From contig CAVYSW010000006.1 in assembly GCA_963771275.1 (NCBI GenBank), forward strand, positions 187,073 through 251,072: DNA of 64,000 bases, read 5' to 3'. A program made the position numbers and the translations under genes. The notes beneath the pieces are model-generated. The model was not told the DNA's origin, ran no database searches, and saw only the letters and a list, made by a program, of their open reading frames with translations. Source of the DNA: an uncultured Gemmatimonadales bacterium. GTDB taxonomy: Bacteria; Gemmatimonadota; Gemmatimonadetes; Gemmatimonadales; GWC2-71-9. This document shows positions 30,155 to 42,241 of the stretch, one piece after another (the first letter of the stretch is position 1; each line of letters opens with the position of its first letter).

Positions 30155-32163
30155 CCCAGCAACGCGCGCACGCGCTCGGCCACGACGGCACCGGTCAGGC
30201 CGAACTCCTCGTACAGTCGCTTGTAGGGGGCCGAGGCACCGAAGTGATCGAGGCCGACGACGTCGCCCTCCCCCACCCAGCGGTACCAGGGCTGCGGATG
30301 GGCCGCCTCGACGGCGACCCGTGCCGTAAGGGCGGGGGGCAGCACCCGATCGCGGTACGCCTGTGGCTGTGCCGCGAACAGCTCGAGGGACGGCATGCTC
30401 ACCACCCGCGCGGCCACCCCGTCGGCCGCGAGCCGGCGCTGCGCGTCGAGCGCGATCTCCACCTCCGAGCCGCTCGCCATGATGATGGCCTTGGGACGCG
30501 TCGCGTCGGCCAGGACGTAGCCCCCCTGCAGCACACCCTCCGCCGACCCGAGCGCCGCGCGGTCCAGCACGGGAAGCCCCTGCCGCGTCAGCACGAGCGC
30601 CACCGGGCCGTCCCGGCGCTCGAGCGCGGCACGCCAGGCATACACCGTTTCGTTCGCGTCGGCCGGCCGGACCACGACCAGGCCGGGAACCGCGCGCAGC
30701 GCCGCGAGCATTTCGACCGGCTGGTGGGTCGGGCCATCTTCCCCCAGGCCGATCGAGTCGTGGGTGAACACGTAGATCACATGCCGGCCCATCATGGCGG
30801 CCAGCCGGATGCTCGGGCGCATGTAGTCCGAGAAGATCAGGAACGTGGCGCCGAACGGGATCAGGCCACCATGCAGCGACATGCCGTTGAGGATGCCGCC
30901 CATCGCGTGCTCCCGGATCCCGAACCGGAGATTGCGCGCCGTGCGGTTGGCCGCGGTGAAGTCTCCCGAGCCCTTGAGCAGGGTGTTCGTGGACGGCGCC
31001 AGGTCCGCCGAGCCGCCGATCAGTTCCGCGATGAGGGGCGCCACCGCCTGGAGCACGCGACCGGACGCGACCCGCGTCGCCAGCGCGCCGCCGTCGGGAG
31101 CAAAGGTAGGGAGCGCAGCCGCCCAGCCTTCCGGCAGGCGACCGGCGAGGCGTCGCTCCAGCTCGGCCGCCAGCTCCGGGTAGGCCTGGCGGTACGTCGC
31201 GTACCGCTGCTCCCAGACCAGCTGCAGGGCCTGGCCCCGCTCCGCCGCCTTGCGCCACTCCGTGAGGGCCTCCACCGGCACGAAGAACGGCTCCGCCGAC
31301 GGCCAGCCGAGAGCTTCTTTCGTCAGGCGCACCTCCTCCGCACCCAGCGGCGAGCCGTGCGCCTCGGCCGTATCCTGCTTGTTCGGGCTGCCGAACGCGA
31401 TGTGGGTCGTGACGATGACGAGAGACGGCCGCTCGGCTTCCGCCCTGGCCGCCACGATGGCCTGGTCGAGCGCCGCCAGGTCGTTCCCATCCGGCACGCG
31501 CAGCACGTGCCAGCCGTACGCCTCGAACCGGGACGCGGCGTCGTCCGAGCATGCCAGGCTCGTGCCGCCCTCGATCGTGATGTGGTTGTCGTCGTAGAAG
31601 CCAACCAGCTTGCCCAGCTTCAGGTGGCCGGCGAGCGAGGCGGCCTCGTGCGAGATCCCTTCCATCAGATCGCCGTCGCTGGCGACGAAATAGGTCCGGT
31701 GGTTGATCACGTCTTCGCCGGGCCGGTTGAACAGCGCGCCGAGATGCGCTTCCGCGATCGCCATCCCCACGGCATTCGCCAGGCCCTGGCCGAGCGGGCC
31801 GGTCGTGGTCTCCACCCCGGGCGTATGCCCGAACTCGGGGTGCCCCGGGGTCAGGCTCTTCCATTGGCGGAACGCCCGCAGGTCGTCCAGGGTCACCGCG
31901 TAGCCCGTGAGGTAGAGCAGGCTGTAGAGCAGCATCGACGCGTGGCCCGCCGACAGCACGAAGCGGTCACGCCCCAGCCACCGCGGGTCGGCGGGATTGT
32001 GGCGCAGGTGCCGGGTCCAGAGCACGTAGGCCAGCGGCGCCAGACCCATCGGCGTACCGGGATGCCCCGAGTTCGCGGCCTGCACCGCGTCCATCGCCAG
32101 GACGCGAATGGCGTTGACGCAGAGGTCGTCGAGCGAGACGGCGCGATTAGCGGCTTCGGGCAT
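30151..32163 (-). CDS. tkt: Transketolase
   Basis: [53 protein letters not shown]. Confidence 0.97.
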   Translation of the reverse strand: MPEAANRAVSLDDLCVNAIRVLAMDAVQAANSGHPGTPMGLAPLAYVLWTRHLRHNPADPRWLGRDRFVLSAGHASMLLYSLLYLTGYAVTLDDLRAFRQWKSLTPGHPEFGHTPGVETTTGPLGQGLANAVGMAIAEAHLGALFNRPGEDVINHRTYFVASDGDLMEGISHEAASLAGHLKLGKLVGFYDDNHITIEGGTSLACSDDAASRFEAYGWHVLRVPDGNDLAALDQAIVAARAEAERPSLVIVTTHIAFGSPNKQDTAEAHGSPLGAEEVRLTKEALGWPSAEPFFVPVEALTEWRKAAERGQALQLVWEQRYATYRQAYPELAAELERRLAGRLPEGWAAALPTFAPDGGALATRVASGRVLQAVAPLIAELIGGSADLAPSTNTLLKGSGDFTAANRTARNLRFGIREHAMGGILNGMSLHGGLIPFGATFLIFSDYMRPSIRLAAMMGRHVIYVFTHDSIGLGEDGPTHQPVEMLAALRAVPGLVVVRPADANETVYAWRAALERRDGPVALVLTRQGLPVLDRAALGSAEGVLQGGYVLADATRPKAIIMASGSEVEIALDAQRRLAADGVAARVVSMPSLELFAAQPQAYRDRVLPPALTARVAVEAAHPQPWYRWVGEGDVVGLDHFGASAPYKRLYEEFGLTGAVVAERVRALLG

Positions 32164-32255
32164 TGGGGACGCGATCCGGTTCTGGGCGTCGGAAAAATAG
32201 ATCATGTGGCGGACCGGCGAAACGGCGACCCGGACCCCTGGTTATTTTTCCCGGC

Positions 32256-34976
<2,721 letters not shown>

Positions 34977-34988
34977 GGAAACGTGAGA

Positions 34989-35031
34989 AGTGAAACGTGA
35001 AACGGCGCTCCACCCCGTTTCACGTTTCACT
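34989..35031. repeat. Perfect 17-bp inverted repeat built from GTGAAAC heptamers
   Basis: agtgaaacgtgaaacgg (34989-35005), 9-nt loop, ccgtttcacgtttcact (35015-35031). Confidence 0.85.
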
Positions 35032-35042
35032 CCCGACCACCT

Positions 35043-35447
35043 GTGACGTTCGCCATCCCCGAGCACGAGCTCGAAATCCGCGCCACCCGGGCCGGTGGAC
35101 CCGGCGGGCAGCACGTCAACAAGGCCTCCACCCGGGTCGAGGTCGTGTGGGACGTGGCAGCGAGCCCGAATCTCACGGAGGAACAGCGCGCGTTCCTGCT
35201 CGAGCGCCTGGCGTCGAGGCTCGACCGCCGCGGCCGTCTCCGCGTCGTGGCGGACGAGCACAGGAGCCAGCTCCGGAACCGCGAGGCGGCGCGTGAGCGG
35301 CTCGAGGCCCTCGTGGCCGGGGCGCTGCGACCGCGGAAGCGCCGCATTCCCACCAAGCCGACGGCGGCCTCGATGCAGCGCCGGCTCGACGAAAAGCGGC
35401 GGCGGACCACCCGCAAGCGCAGCCGAAAGCCCCCGGCGGAGGAGTAA
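35043..35447 (+). CDS. arfB: Alternative ribosome rescue peptidyl-tRNA hydrolase
   Basis: GGPGGQHVNK, RSQLRNRE, basic C-terminal tail PRKRRIPTKPT...EKRRR. Confidence 0.93.
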   Translation: MTFAIPEHELEIRATRAGGPGGQHVNKASTRVEVVWDVAASPNLTEEQRAFLLERLASRLDRRGRLRVVADEHRSQLRNREAARERLEALVAGALRPRKRRIPTKPTAASMQRRLDEKRRRTTRKRSRKPPAEE

Positions 35448-35466
35448 GGCACCAAGGCTGAGAAAC

Positions 35467-35509
35467 GCAGAGGGGCAGAGATGATCCTCCATCCCTGCCC
35501 CTCTCCCCT
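35467..35509. repeat. GAGGGGCA-family palindromic element between convergent arfB and pntB
   Basis: gcagaggggcagagatga ... ccctgcccctctcccc. Confidence 0.65.
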
Positions 35510-35527
35510 TCTATCCCTCTCCTCAGC

Positions 35528-36934
35528 TCAGTGCATCCCGCCAGGCGAGAGGTGCTTCACCAGCTCTCCGATCACGTGTTTCGCGTCGCCGAAGAGCATC
35601 CAGGTCTTCTCCGAAAAATAGAGCTCGTTGTCGATCCCGGCGAAGCCCGGGTTCTTGGACCGCTTGATCGCGAACACGGTGCGGGCCTTGTCCGCGGCGA
35701 TGATCGGCATGCCGTAGATCGGGCATCCCTTGTCGTAGCGCGCGGCGGGGTTCACCACGTCGTTCGCCCCCACCACCAGGGCCACGTCGCACTGCGGCAT
35801 GTCCGGGTTGATCTCGTCCATCTCGATGAGATCGGTGTACGGGATGTCCGCCTCCGCCAGCAGCACGTTCATGTGCCCCGGCATGCGGCCGGCCACCGGG
35901 TGAATCGCGAACTTCACCGTGATGCCGCGCTTCTTCAGTTGCTCGTACAGCTCCCGGACCTTGTGCTGCGCCTGCGCGACGGCCATCCCGTAGCCGGGGA
36001 TGATGACCACCAGGCTCGCCTGCTCCATGATCTGCGCGGCGCCTTCCACCGTTTCGGGCTTGTAGACCTTCTCCTCGCCGCTCGCCTTGGCCGGCTGCAC
36101 CTGCCCGAAGGCGCCGAACAGCACGTTGGTGAAGGAGCGGTTCATCGCCTTGCACATGATGATGGACAGGATCAGGCCGCTCGAGCCGTCCAGCGCGCCC
36201 GCCGTGATCAGCAGCTTGTTGTCCAGCACGAAGCCCATGGCCACGGCGGAGAGGCCGGCGTACGCGTTCAGGATCGCGATCACCGTCGGCATGTCCGCGC
36301 CGCCGATCGGGATGATCAGCATCACGCCGAACAAGAGCGCGATCCCGATGATCACCGGAAAGATCTTCGGCGCCATGGAGTCGCCGGGGTTGAGCACGAG
36401 CCAGACCCCGATGGCGACCGCGGCGAGCAGCGCCCCGATGTTCACCAGGTTCTGGCCGCGATACGTCACCGGGCGCTGCGGAATCCACTTGATTTCCTGG
36501 AGCTTGCCCGCCGCCATCAGGCTGCCCGTAAAGGTCAGGTAGCCCAGAATGATCTCGGCGATGATCGCGATCATCCGGAACTGCGTCAGGTTCTCCGGGC
36601 CCTCGCCGTACCACAGGTAGTACTTGGCGGTCCCCACCAGGCCGGCGGCGAGGCCGCCGAACGCGTGCGACAGCGCCGTTCGCTGCGGCACTGCCGTGAG
36701 CGGCACCAGCGCGAGCGGCCAGCCGACCGCGATGCCGACCAGAATGGGAATCACGACCCAGAGATGATGCACGACCACCGGCTCGGCCCACGTCGACAGC
36801 ACGGCGATGAGCATCGCCGTGACGCCCGCGAACACGCCCCGCCGCGCGGTCTTCGGGTCGTTCATCCAGTGCAGCGAGAAGACGAACAGCACAGTCGCGA
36901 TCAGGTAGGAGGCCTGCACGAAGGAGGAGGTCAT
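35528..36934 (-). CDS. pntB: NAD(P) transhydrogenase subunit beta
   Basis: TFTGSLMAAGKL, PIGGADMP, CKAMNRS, PGYGMAVAQAQH, HPVAGRMPGHMNVLLAEA, GANDVVNPAA. Confidence 0.96.
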   Translation of the reverse strand: MTSSFVQASYLIATVLFVFSLHWMNDPKTARRGVFAGVTAMLIAVLSTWAEPVVVHHLWVVIPILVGIAVGWPLALVPLTAVPQRTALSHAFGGLAAGLVGTAKYYLWYGEGPENLTQFRMIAIIAEIILGYLTFTGSLMAAGKLQEIKWIPQRPVTYRGQNLVNIGALLAAVAIGVWLVLNPGDSMAPKIFPVIIGIALLFGVMLIIPIGGADMPTVIAILNAYAGLSAVAMGFVLDNKLLITAGALDGSSGLILSIIMCKAMNRSFTNVLFGAFGQVQPAKASGEEKVYKPETVEGAAQIMEQASLVVIIPGYGMAVAQAQHKVRELYEQLKKRGITVKFAIHPVAGRMPGHMNVLLAEADIPYTDLIEMDEINPDMPQCDVALVVGANDVVNPAARYDKGCPIYGMPIIAADKARTVFAIKRSKNPGFAGIDNELYFSEKTWMLFGDAKHVIGELVKHLSPGGMH

Positions 36935-37464
36935 GGCTTGCCCCCTTCACCCTTGCGCGGCTCCGTCTTGAACATCTTGAGCATCCGGTCGGTGATCAGG
37001 AACCCGCTCACGATATTCGTCATCGACGCGAACAGGGCGATCGCGCCGAGGATCCGGATCTTGGTCGGGTATTCCGACCCGGCCACGATGATCGATCCGA
37101 CCACCGCGATGGCCGAGATCGCGTTGGTGATGGACATGAGCGGCGTGTGCAGCAGCCGCGATACCCGGCGGATGATGCCCAGCCCGATGAACGAGGCCAG
37201 CACGAACACGAACAACAGGGGCCAGAGATCCGTCTGCGGGACTTCGTGCGCTCCAGCCGGCGACGCCGCCTCCTGGAGCCGCCCCGCCTCACCCTGACCG
37301 GCCAGGTTCCTGTCGGCCGTCGGGACGGCGATGCTCTCCGCCGCGGCGGGCGATCGGCTCGCCTCCTGGGGCGGTACTTGCGCCGCCGCCCGGACGGCCA
37401 CCCCCAGGCCGAGCGCGGCCACGAGCAGCGGCGCGCCCAACCGTTGGATCAGTCTACGCGACAT
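36931..37464 (-). CDS. pntAB: NAD(P) transhydrogenase subunit alpha part 2 with N-terminal extension
   Basis: LHTPLMSITNAISAI, NIVSGFLITDRMLKMF; start ATG 37464 or GTG 37470. Confidence 0.92.
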   Translation of the reverse strand: MSRRLIQRLGAPLLVAALGLGVAVRAAAQVPPQEASRSPAAAESIAVPTADRNLAGQGEAGRLQEAASPAGAHEVPQTDLWPLLFVFVLASFIGLGIIRRVSRLLHTPLMSITNAISAIAVVGSIIVAGSEYPTKIRILGAIALFASMTNIVSGFLITDRMLKMFKTEPRKGEGGKP

Positions 37465-37466
37465 CC

Positions 37467-38627
37467 TCACGCCTCTCCTTTCGCCTGCAGGGCCTGCTTG
37501 GTGCGCGCGTGCACCACCTGGCCGTCGTGGGTGATGAGCGAGCCCTGCTGGATATCGTCATTGAGATCGAACTGGAACACCTTGTCCTTGGTGAACGCCT
37601 GGAAGAACGCCAGGAGGTTGCGCGAGAACAGCAGGCTCGCGTGGGTCGGCATCGTGGCCGGGATGTTGAGCGGCGCCACGATCTTGACCCCCTGCACCTC
37701 GATGGTCTCGCCCGGCTTGGACAGCTCGCAGTTCCCGCCGCCGTCGGCCGCGAGATCCACGATCACCGAGCCCGGCTTCATCTTCCGCACCATGGCGGCG
37801 GTGATGAGCCGCGGCGCGAACACGCCGCCGATCAGCGCGGTCGTGAGCACGACGTCCGACGCGGCACACTGCTCGGCCAAGAGCTCGCGCTGCCGCGCCT
37901 TGTCCTCCTCGGACAACTCCTTGGCGTAGCCGCCGCCCGCCGACGCGCTCTCCTTGAGCTCGATGCCGACATACTTGGCGCCGACGCTCTCGATCTGCTC
38001 CTTCACCTCGGGTCGCACGTCCGTGGCCATCACGTTCGCGCCCAGTCGCTTGGCGGTCGCGATAGCCTGCAGGCCGGCGACCGCGGCGCCCACCACGAAC
38101 ACCTTGGCCGGGAACACCATGCCCGCGGCCGTCATCAGCATCGGGAAGTACTTGTTCAGCTCCGCCGCCGCGATCAGCACGCCCTTGTAGCCGATGATGT
38201 TGTTCATCGCCGAGAGCGTGTCCATCGATTGTGCCCGGGTCGTGCGGGGGATCGCGTCCGTCGAGAACGCGCTCACCTTGCGCGCCGCGAGGGCGCGCAC
38301 CACGTCGAGGTGCCGCAACGGCATGAGCGAGCCCAGCAGATACGCGCCGGGCTTCATCCACTCGACCTCGTTGCGGCCGCCGGCCCCGCCGATGGTCGGC
38401 GGGTTGACCTTGACGACGAAGTCCGCCGAGGCCACCATCGCGGCCGGATCGGTCGCGATCGTGACGCCCACCTCGCGGTACGCCTCATCGGAGTAGAACG
38501 CGGATGCGCCCGCCCCCGCCTCGACGGCGATCGTGTAGCCCGCCTGGATCAGCTTCTTGCACGACTCCGGGACCAGCGCCACGCGGCGCTCGCCCGGCCG
38601 TGTCTCCTTGAGAACGGCAATGTTCAT
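37467..38627 (-). CDS. pntAA: NAD(P) transhydrogenase subunit alpha part 1 (dI)
   Basis: KETRPGERRVAL, PRTTRAQSMD, FPMLMTAAG, GGGYAKELS, IVDLAADGGGNC. Confidence 0.95.
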   Translation of the reverse strand: MNIAVLKETRPGERRVALVPESCKKLIQAGYTIAVEAGAGASAFYSDEAYREVGVTIATDPAAMVASADFVVKVNPPTIGGAGGRNEVEWMKPGAYLLGSLMPLRHLDVVRALAARKVSAFSTDAIPRTTRAQSMDTLSAMNNIIGYKGVLIAAAELNKYFPMLMTAAGMVFPAKVFVVGAAVAGLQAIATAKRLGANVMATDVRPEVKEQIESVGAKYVGIELKESASAGGGYAKELSEEDKARQRELLAEQCAASDVVLTTALIGGVFAPRLITAAMVRKMKPGSVIVDLAADGGGNCELSKPGETIEVQGVKIVAPLNIPATMPTHASLLFSRNLLAFFQAFTKDKVFQFDLNDDIQQGSLITHDGQVVHARTKQALQAKGEA

Positions 38628-38670
38628 GGTTGTGCGCTCCGTGTCGCGCCTGTCGTCGAGACCGCTCCGT

Positions 38671-39771
38671 TCACCGGTCGTCTCCTTGATGGTATGTCAG
38701 TAGAGCATCCAACTCGGGCCGCACCCGGCTGCCGAATACGCTCGCCGCCGGGACCGTGATGACCTGTGGGCGCTGACCCCGCTCGCCCCGCGGCCCCTCG
38801 GGACCGGGACGCCCATCAGGCCCGTTGGCGCCACGCGGTCCCGCGCCGCACCGCCGCGGGTCTCCCTGCGCCGCGCCACCGTCACCACCCACGCCCCCCT
38901 TCCCCGCCCGACCCCCGTCTCCACCCGACCCGCCCTCGCTCCGCGCGTCCACCAGCCCCGCGAGAAACGGATCGGTGTCGGCGACGATCACCGTCACGTG
39001 ACCGCCCGGTCCACCCGCACCACCGCCGCCGCCGCTCCCACCCGCGCCGCCCGCTCCCCCGGGCGCGCCCGGGCACCCCGGCTGGCCCACGAGGCCCTTC
39101 GTCCCCGTCGATCCGTCCGTCCCTCTCCCGCCGCGACCGCCGCGCGCCGCCACCACCAGCCAGTCGGCGGGCGGCACGACGTCGGCGTCCGCCAACAGGT
39201 GGAATGGCGGCGCCGCCGCCACCGTGATCTCGGCCACGACGAGACGCCGCACGAACGGCGACTCGGCGAGCGCCAGGCGCACCGTGACATCCGGCCCCGC
39301 GCCCCCCGACCCACCCCGCCCTCCCGCCTCGCCCTCAAAGCCGAATGCGTGGGGGAGACACCCGTACTCCGGGGCGACCGCGACTTCCGCGATGGCGCTC
39401 GGCTTCGCGCGCAGGATCGCCCGCAGGCGGAACCCGTCGAGCGCGCTGAGCAGCGGGTCGTCCGCCGTGTCCCAGTTGCCGTTCTCCAAGGCGCGCGCGC
39501 TGGGGCTGTAGCGGGTGAGGAACGTGACGTGCAGCGGCGGGGGGTGCTTCTCGTCGAAGCGCGTGGCGAACGGGACCTCGGCGCCGTCGTCCAGCACCGC
39601 GACGTAGGAGACCTCGATCACCTGACCCGGACAGGCCGTGGCCGGCGCTTCGATCCGGATCGCCTCGATCCGCGCCACCAGACCGGGGTCGGGCGCGAAG
39701 TCCGGCGGCGGCTTGTGGGCGCAGGCGGCAAGGAGCCCCGCCCCCACCACCAGTCCCGCGCTCCTCCTCAT
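38671..39771 (-). CDS. Hypothetical lipoprotein with Gly-X-X (PGRS/collagen-like) tracts
   Basis: Lipobox LAAC; GGxGGxG runs and GPRGANGPDGRPGPEGPRGERG; ATGA overlap with the moaA stop. Confidence 0.75.
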   Translation of the reverse strand: MRRSAGLVVGAGLLAACAHKPPPDFAPDPGLVARIEAIRIEAPATACPGQVIEVSYVAVLDDGAEVPFATRFDEKHPPPLHVTFLTRYSPSARALENGNWDTADDPLLSALDGFRLRAILRAKPSAIAEVAVAPEYGCLPHAFGFEGEAGGRGGSGGAGPDVTVRLALAESPFVRRLVVAEITVAAAPPFHLLADADVVPPADWLVVAARGGRGGRGTDGSTGTKGLVGQPGCPGAPGGAGGAGGSGGGGGAGGPGGHVTVIVADTDPFLAGLVDARSEGGSGGDGGRAGKGGVGGDGGAAQGDPRRCGAGPRGANGPDGRPGPEGPRGERGQRPQVITVPAASVFGSRVRPELDALLTYHQGDDR

Positions 39772-40787
39772 CCGCCCCTCGTGTGCATTTCCTTGTGTGG
39801 ATCGGCACGCAACGGCTCGATACGGTACAGCGCCTGGCGATCGGCCGCCCCGGCGCGCTCCTCGGCCCCGCGGTCGGCCCGATCGATCCAGGCGCGCCGG
39901 ATCACCTCGGCGATCGCGTCATCGCTCGCGCCCTGGCGCACCAGGTCCTTGAGGCTCACGCCGCCGCCCGCGTACAGGCAGAGGAGCCACATGCCGTCGG
40001 CCGTGATCCGGCTCCGGTCGCACGTGCGACAGAACGGCTCGGTGGTCGACGCGATGATCCCGAACGCCGTGCCATCGGGCAGGACGAACCGCTCGGCCGG
40101 CGCCCGCGGGTCGCGCTCCGGCGCGGGCTGCGCGGCGCCGTGGCGCGCGCCGATCCGTTCCAGCATCTCGCGGCGCGACACGACCCGCTCGGGCGACCAC
40201 CGCGTGGCGCCCCCCACGTCCATGTACTCAATGAACCGCACTTCCGCCTGCCGCGCGCGCCCGAACTCGAGCAGATCGAGCAGCTCGTCGTCGTTCACGC
40301 CCCGCACGATCACGGCGTTGATCTTGAGGGCGGTGAACCCCGCCCGCTCGGCGGCCGCGATCCCGGCGAGTGCGTCGCCCAGCCGGTCGGCGCGCATCAT
40401 CTCCCGGTAGCGGTCCGGCCGGAGCGTGTCGAGGCTCACCGTGAGGCGCCGGAGGCCGGCCTGGCGCAGCGCACCCGCGAGCTGGGCCAGCAGCACGGCG
40501 TTGGTCGTGAGCGCGAGGTCGCCGACGCCCTCGATCCGGGCCAGGCGCGCCACGAGGTCGGGTAGATCGCGTCGCAGCAGCGGCTCGCCCCCGGTGAGCC
40601 GCAGCTTGCCGACGCCGAGGCGCACGAACACCGCCGCCAGCCGCTCGATCTCCTCGAAACTCAGGATGGACTCGCGGGGTAACCAGACATAGGAGTCCTC
40701 CGGCATGCAGTACGCGCACCGGAGATTGCACCGATCAGTGACCGAAATGCGCAGGCTGCCCAGCGGGCGGCCGAACCTGTCTCGCAT
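39768..40787 (-). CDS. moaA: GTP 3',8-cyclase (molybdenum cofactor biosynthesis radical SAM enzyme)
   Basis: LRISVTDRCNLRCAYCMP, LTGGEPL, RFIEYM, FCRTCDRSRITADG...CL, C-terminal GG. Confidence 0.96.
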   Translation of the reverse strand: MRDRFGRPLGSLRISVTDRCNLRCAYCMPEDSYVWLPRESILSFEEIERLAAVFVRLGVGKLRLTGGEPLLRRDLPDLVARLARIEGVGDLALTTNAVLLAQLAGALRQAGLRRLTVSLDTLRPDRYREMMRADRLGDALAGIAAAERAGFTALKINAVIVRGVNDDELLDLLEFGRARQAEVRFIEYMDVGGATRWSPERVVSRREMLERIGARHGAAQPAPERDPRAPAERFVLPDGTAFGIIASTTEPFCRTCDRSRITADGMWLLCLYAGGGVSLKDLVRQGASDDAIAEVIRRAWIDRADRGAEERAGAADRQALYRIEPLRADPHKEMHTRGG

Positions 40788-40989
40788 GGATGATCGTAGG
40801 TGGTTGTATTCGACCGTCTGGTAGTCGGTTGCGCCGGTCGGAAGGTACGGCGATGGCAGTCGAGGCGGTAGCCCGCGCCCGTAGTTTCTGAAGGGGCCTT
40901 ACCAGTTCCCTTACGGCCGGGATGCGGCCATGGGGTACGCGGCAAGCATGGTCGGGTGCAGGCCGCTTATACTTCAGCTGGGAACGACC

Positions 40990-41460
40990 ATGACACGGTG
41001 CACGACGGACAACCGGCCAGACCTGATCCGGCGGCTCGACGAGACGCTGGACCGGCTCGTGACGCCGGTGACCGACCTGCTGCGGCAGCTGGGTCCGACC
41101 GAACCGTCCTTCACCCTGGACGGTGAGGTGCGCACCCTGTCGGTCCCGATCCGGTTCCCCGACGGCATCGGGCACGGCGATGTGGTGGCCCGCGTGTTCC
41201 GCTATCGCACGGCCGTGCGCGTGGACGTAGAGATCCGGCACGACCGGATGCTGGCGACTTCGAGCGGGAGCCCCACCTCGCGCCAGTGCTTCCTCAACGA
41301 CTTCGTGGCCTCCGTGATGCTGCCGCCCGGCACCCCTGCCCTCCCCGACGAATTCGCCAGGAGCGTGCTGGCGGGCGTGCGCGCCGCCGTGACCGCCGTG
41401 GAGGCGCACAACCGGCACCACCAGGAGCCGTGGAGCCAGGTCAGAGTGGTCGCGCCGTAG
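40990..41460 (+). CDS. Hypothetical protein
   Basis: Open frame with GC3-rich codons filling the gap between moaA and the DUF971 gene; no family recognised. Confidence 0.65.
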   Translation: MTRCTTDNRPDLIRRLDETLDRLVTPVTDLLRQLGPTEPSFTLDGEVRTLSVPIRFPDGIGHGDVVARVFRYRTAVRVDVEIRHDRMLATSSGSPTSRQCFLNDFVASVMLPPGTPALPDEFARSVLAGVRAAVTAVEAHNRHHQEPWSQVRVVAP

Positions 41461-41785
41461 CGTCCCCGGCCTGTCCCCTGCAGCGCTCGCACGGGCACAG
41501 ACGCAGCAGATGATCGTAGGTGTACAGGCCCGTGTTGTGTCCGTCACTCCAGTCGATCCGGATGGCGTAACCGCCGACCAGCGACACGGCGAGCGGCCGG
41601 ATGTCCGGTGGCACGCCGTCGGGGAGCAGCAGCGGGCGTCCGGTCAGCTCTTCGACACACACGGCGCATGGGCACGCCAGGCGGAGGTCTCGCGCCGGGT
41701 AGCGCCCGACGTGGCCCTCCGTCCAGGTGATCGTCACCGCATCATCCGCGCGATGGATGCGGAGCGGAATCGGGTACTCCGTCAC
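41441..41785 (-). CDS. DUF971 / GBBH-like N-terminal domain protein
   Basis: LRLACPCAVC, VGGYAIRIDWSDGHNTGLYTY, CPCERC; GTGA overlap with osmC. Confidence 0.88.
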   Translation of the reverse strand: MTEYPIPLRIHRADDAVTITWTEGHVGRYPARDLRLACPCAVCVEELTGRPLLLPDGVPPDIRPLAVSLVGGYAIRIDWSDGHNTGLYTYDHLLRLCPCERCRGQAGDATARPL

Positions 41786-42216
41786 CGCTCCAGCGTCGCC
41801 ACGAGCTCCACGGTGGGAATCCCCTTGAGCGCCCGCGAGACCGGGCAGTTCAGCTTGGCGTCCTCCGCAGCCTTGGTGAACTGCGCCTGATCGAGGCCGG
41901 CAACGGCGCCCCGCACCTCGAGCCGCATCTTCGTCACCGTCGCCACGCCGCCCACCATGTCCATCGTGCACTGCGCGACGGTCGCGATGCGCGTCGCGGG
42001 GGTCCCGGCCTTCTCGAGTCCGCCCGACAACGCCATGCTGAAACACGCCGCGTGGGCCGCGGCAAGCAGCTCCTCCGGGTTGGTGCCCGGTTTCCCTTCG
42101 AACCGCGTGGCAAAGGTGAATGCGCCCTTGAAGGCCCCCGAGCCCGCGGTGAACTCCCCGCGACCATCCTTGAGCTTGCCGTGCCACACGGCATTCACTT
42201 TCGACGTCACCGCCAT
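41782..42216 (-). CDS. osmC: OsmC family peroxiredoxin
   Basis: WHGKLKDGRG, TRFEGKPGTNPEELLAAAHAACFSMAL, NCPVSRAL. Confidence 0.93.
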   Translation of the reverse strand: MAVTSKVNAVWHGKLKDGRGEFTAGSGAFKGAFTFATRFEGKPGTNPEELLAAAHAACFSMALSGGLEKAGTPATRIATVAQCTMDMVGGVATVTKMRLEVRGAVAGLDQAQFTKAAEDAKLNCPVSRALKGIPTVELVATLER

Positions 42217-42241
42217 GAGAAAGCTCCGAAGTGAGAGTGCG

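Noticed and set aside
40788..40989. Moco riboswitch upstream of moaA
   Set aside because: Some hairpin potential but no convincing consensus, and a -10-like box lies 5 nt before the ATG. An Rfam/Infernal scan would settle it.
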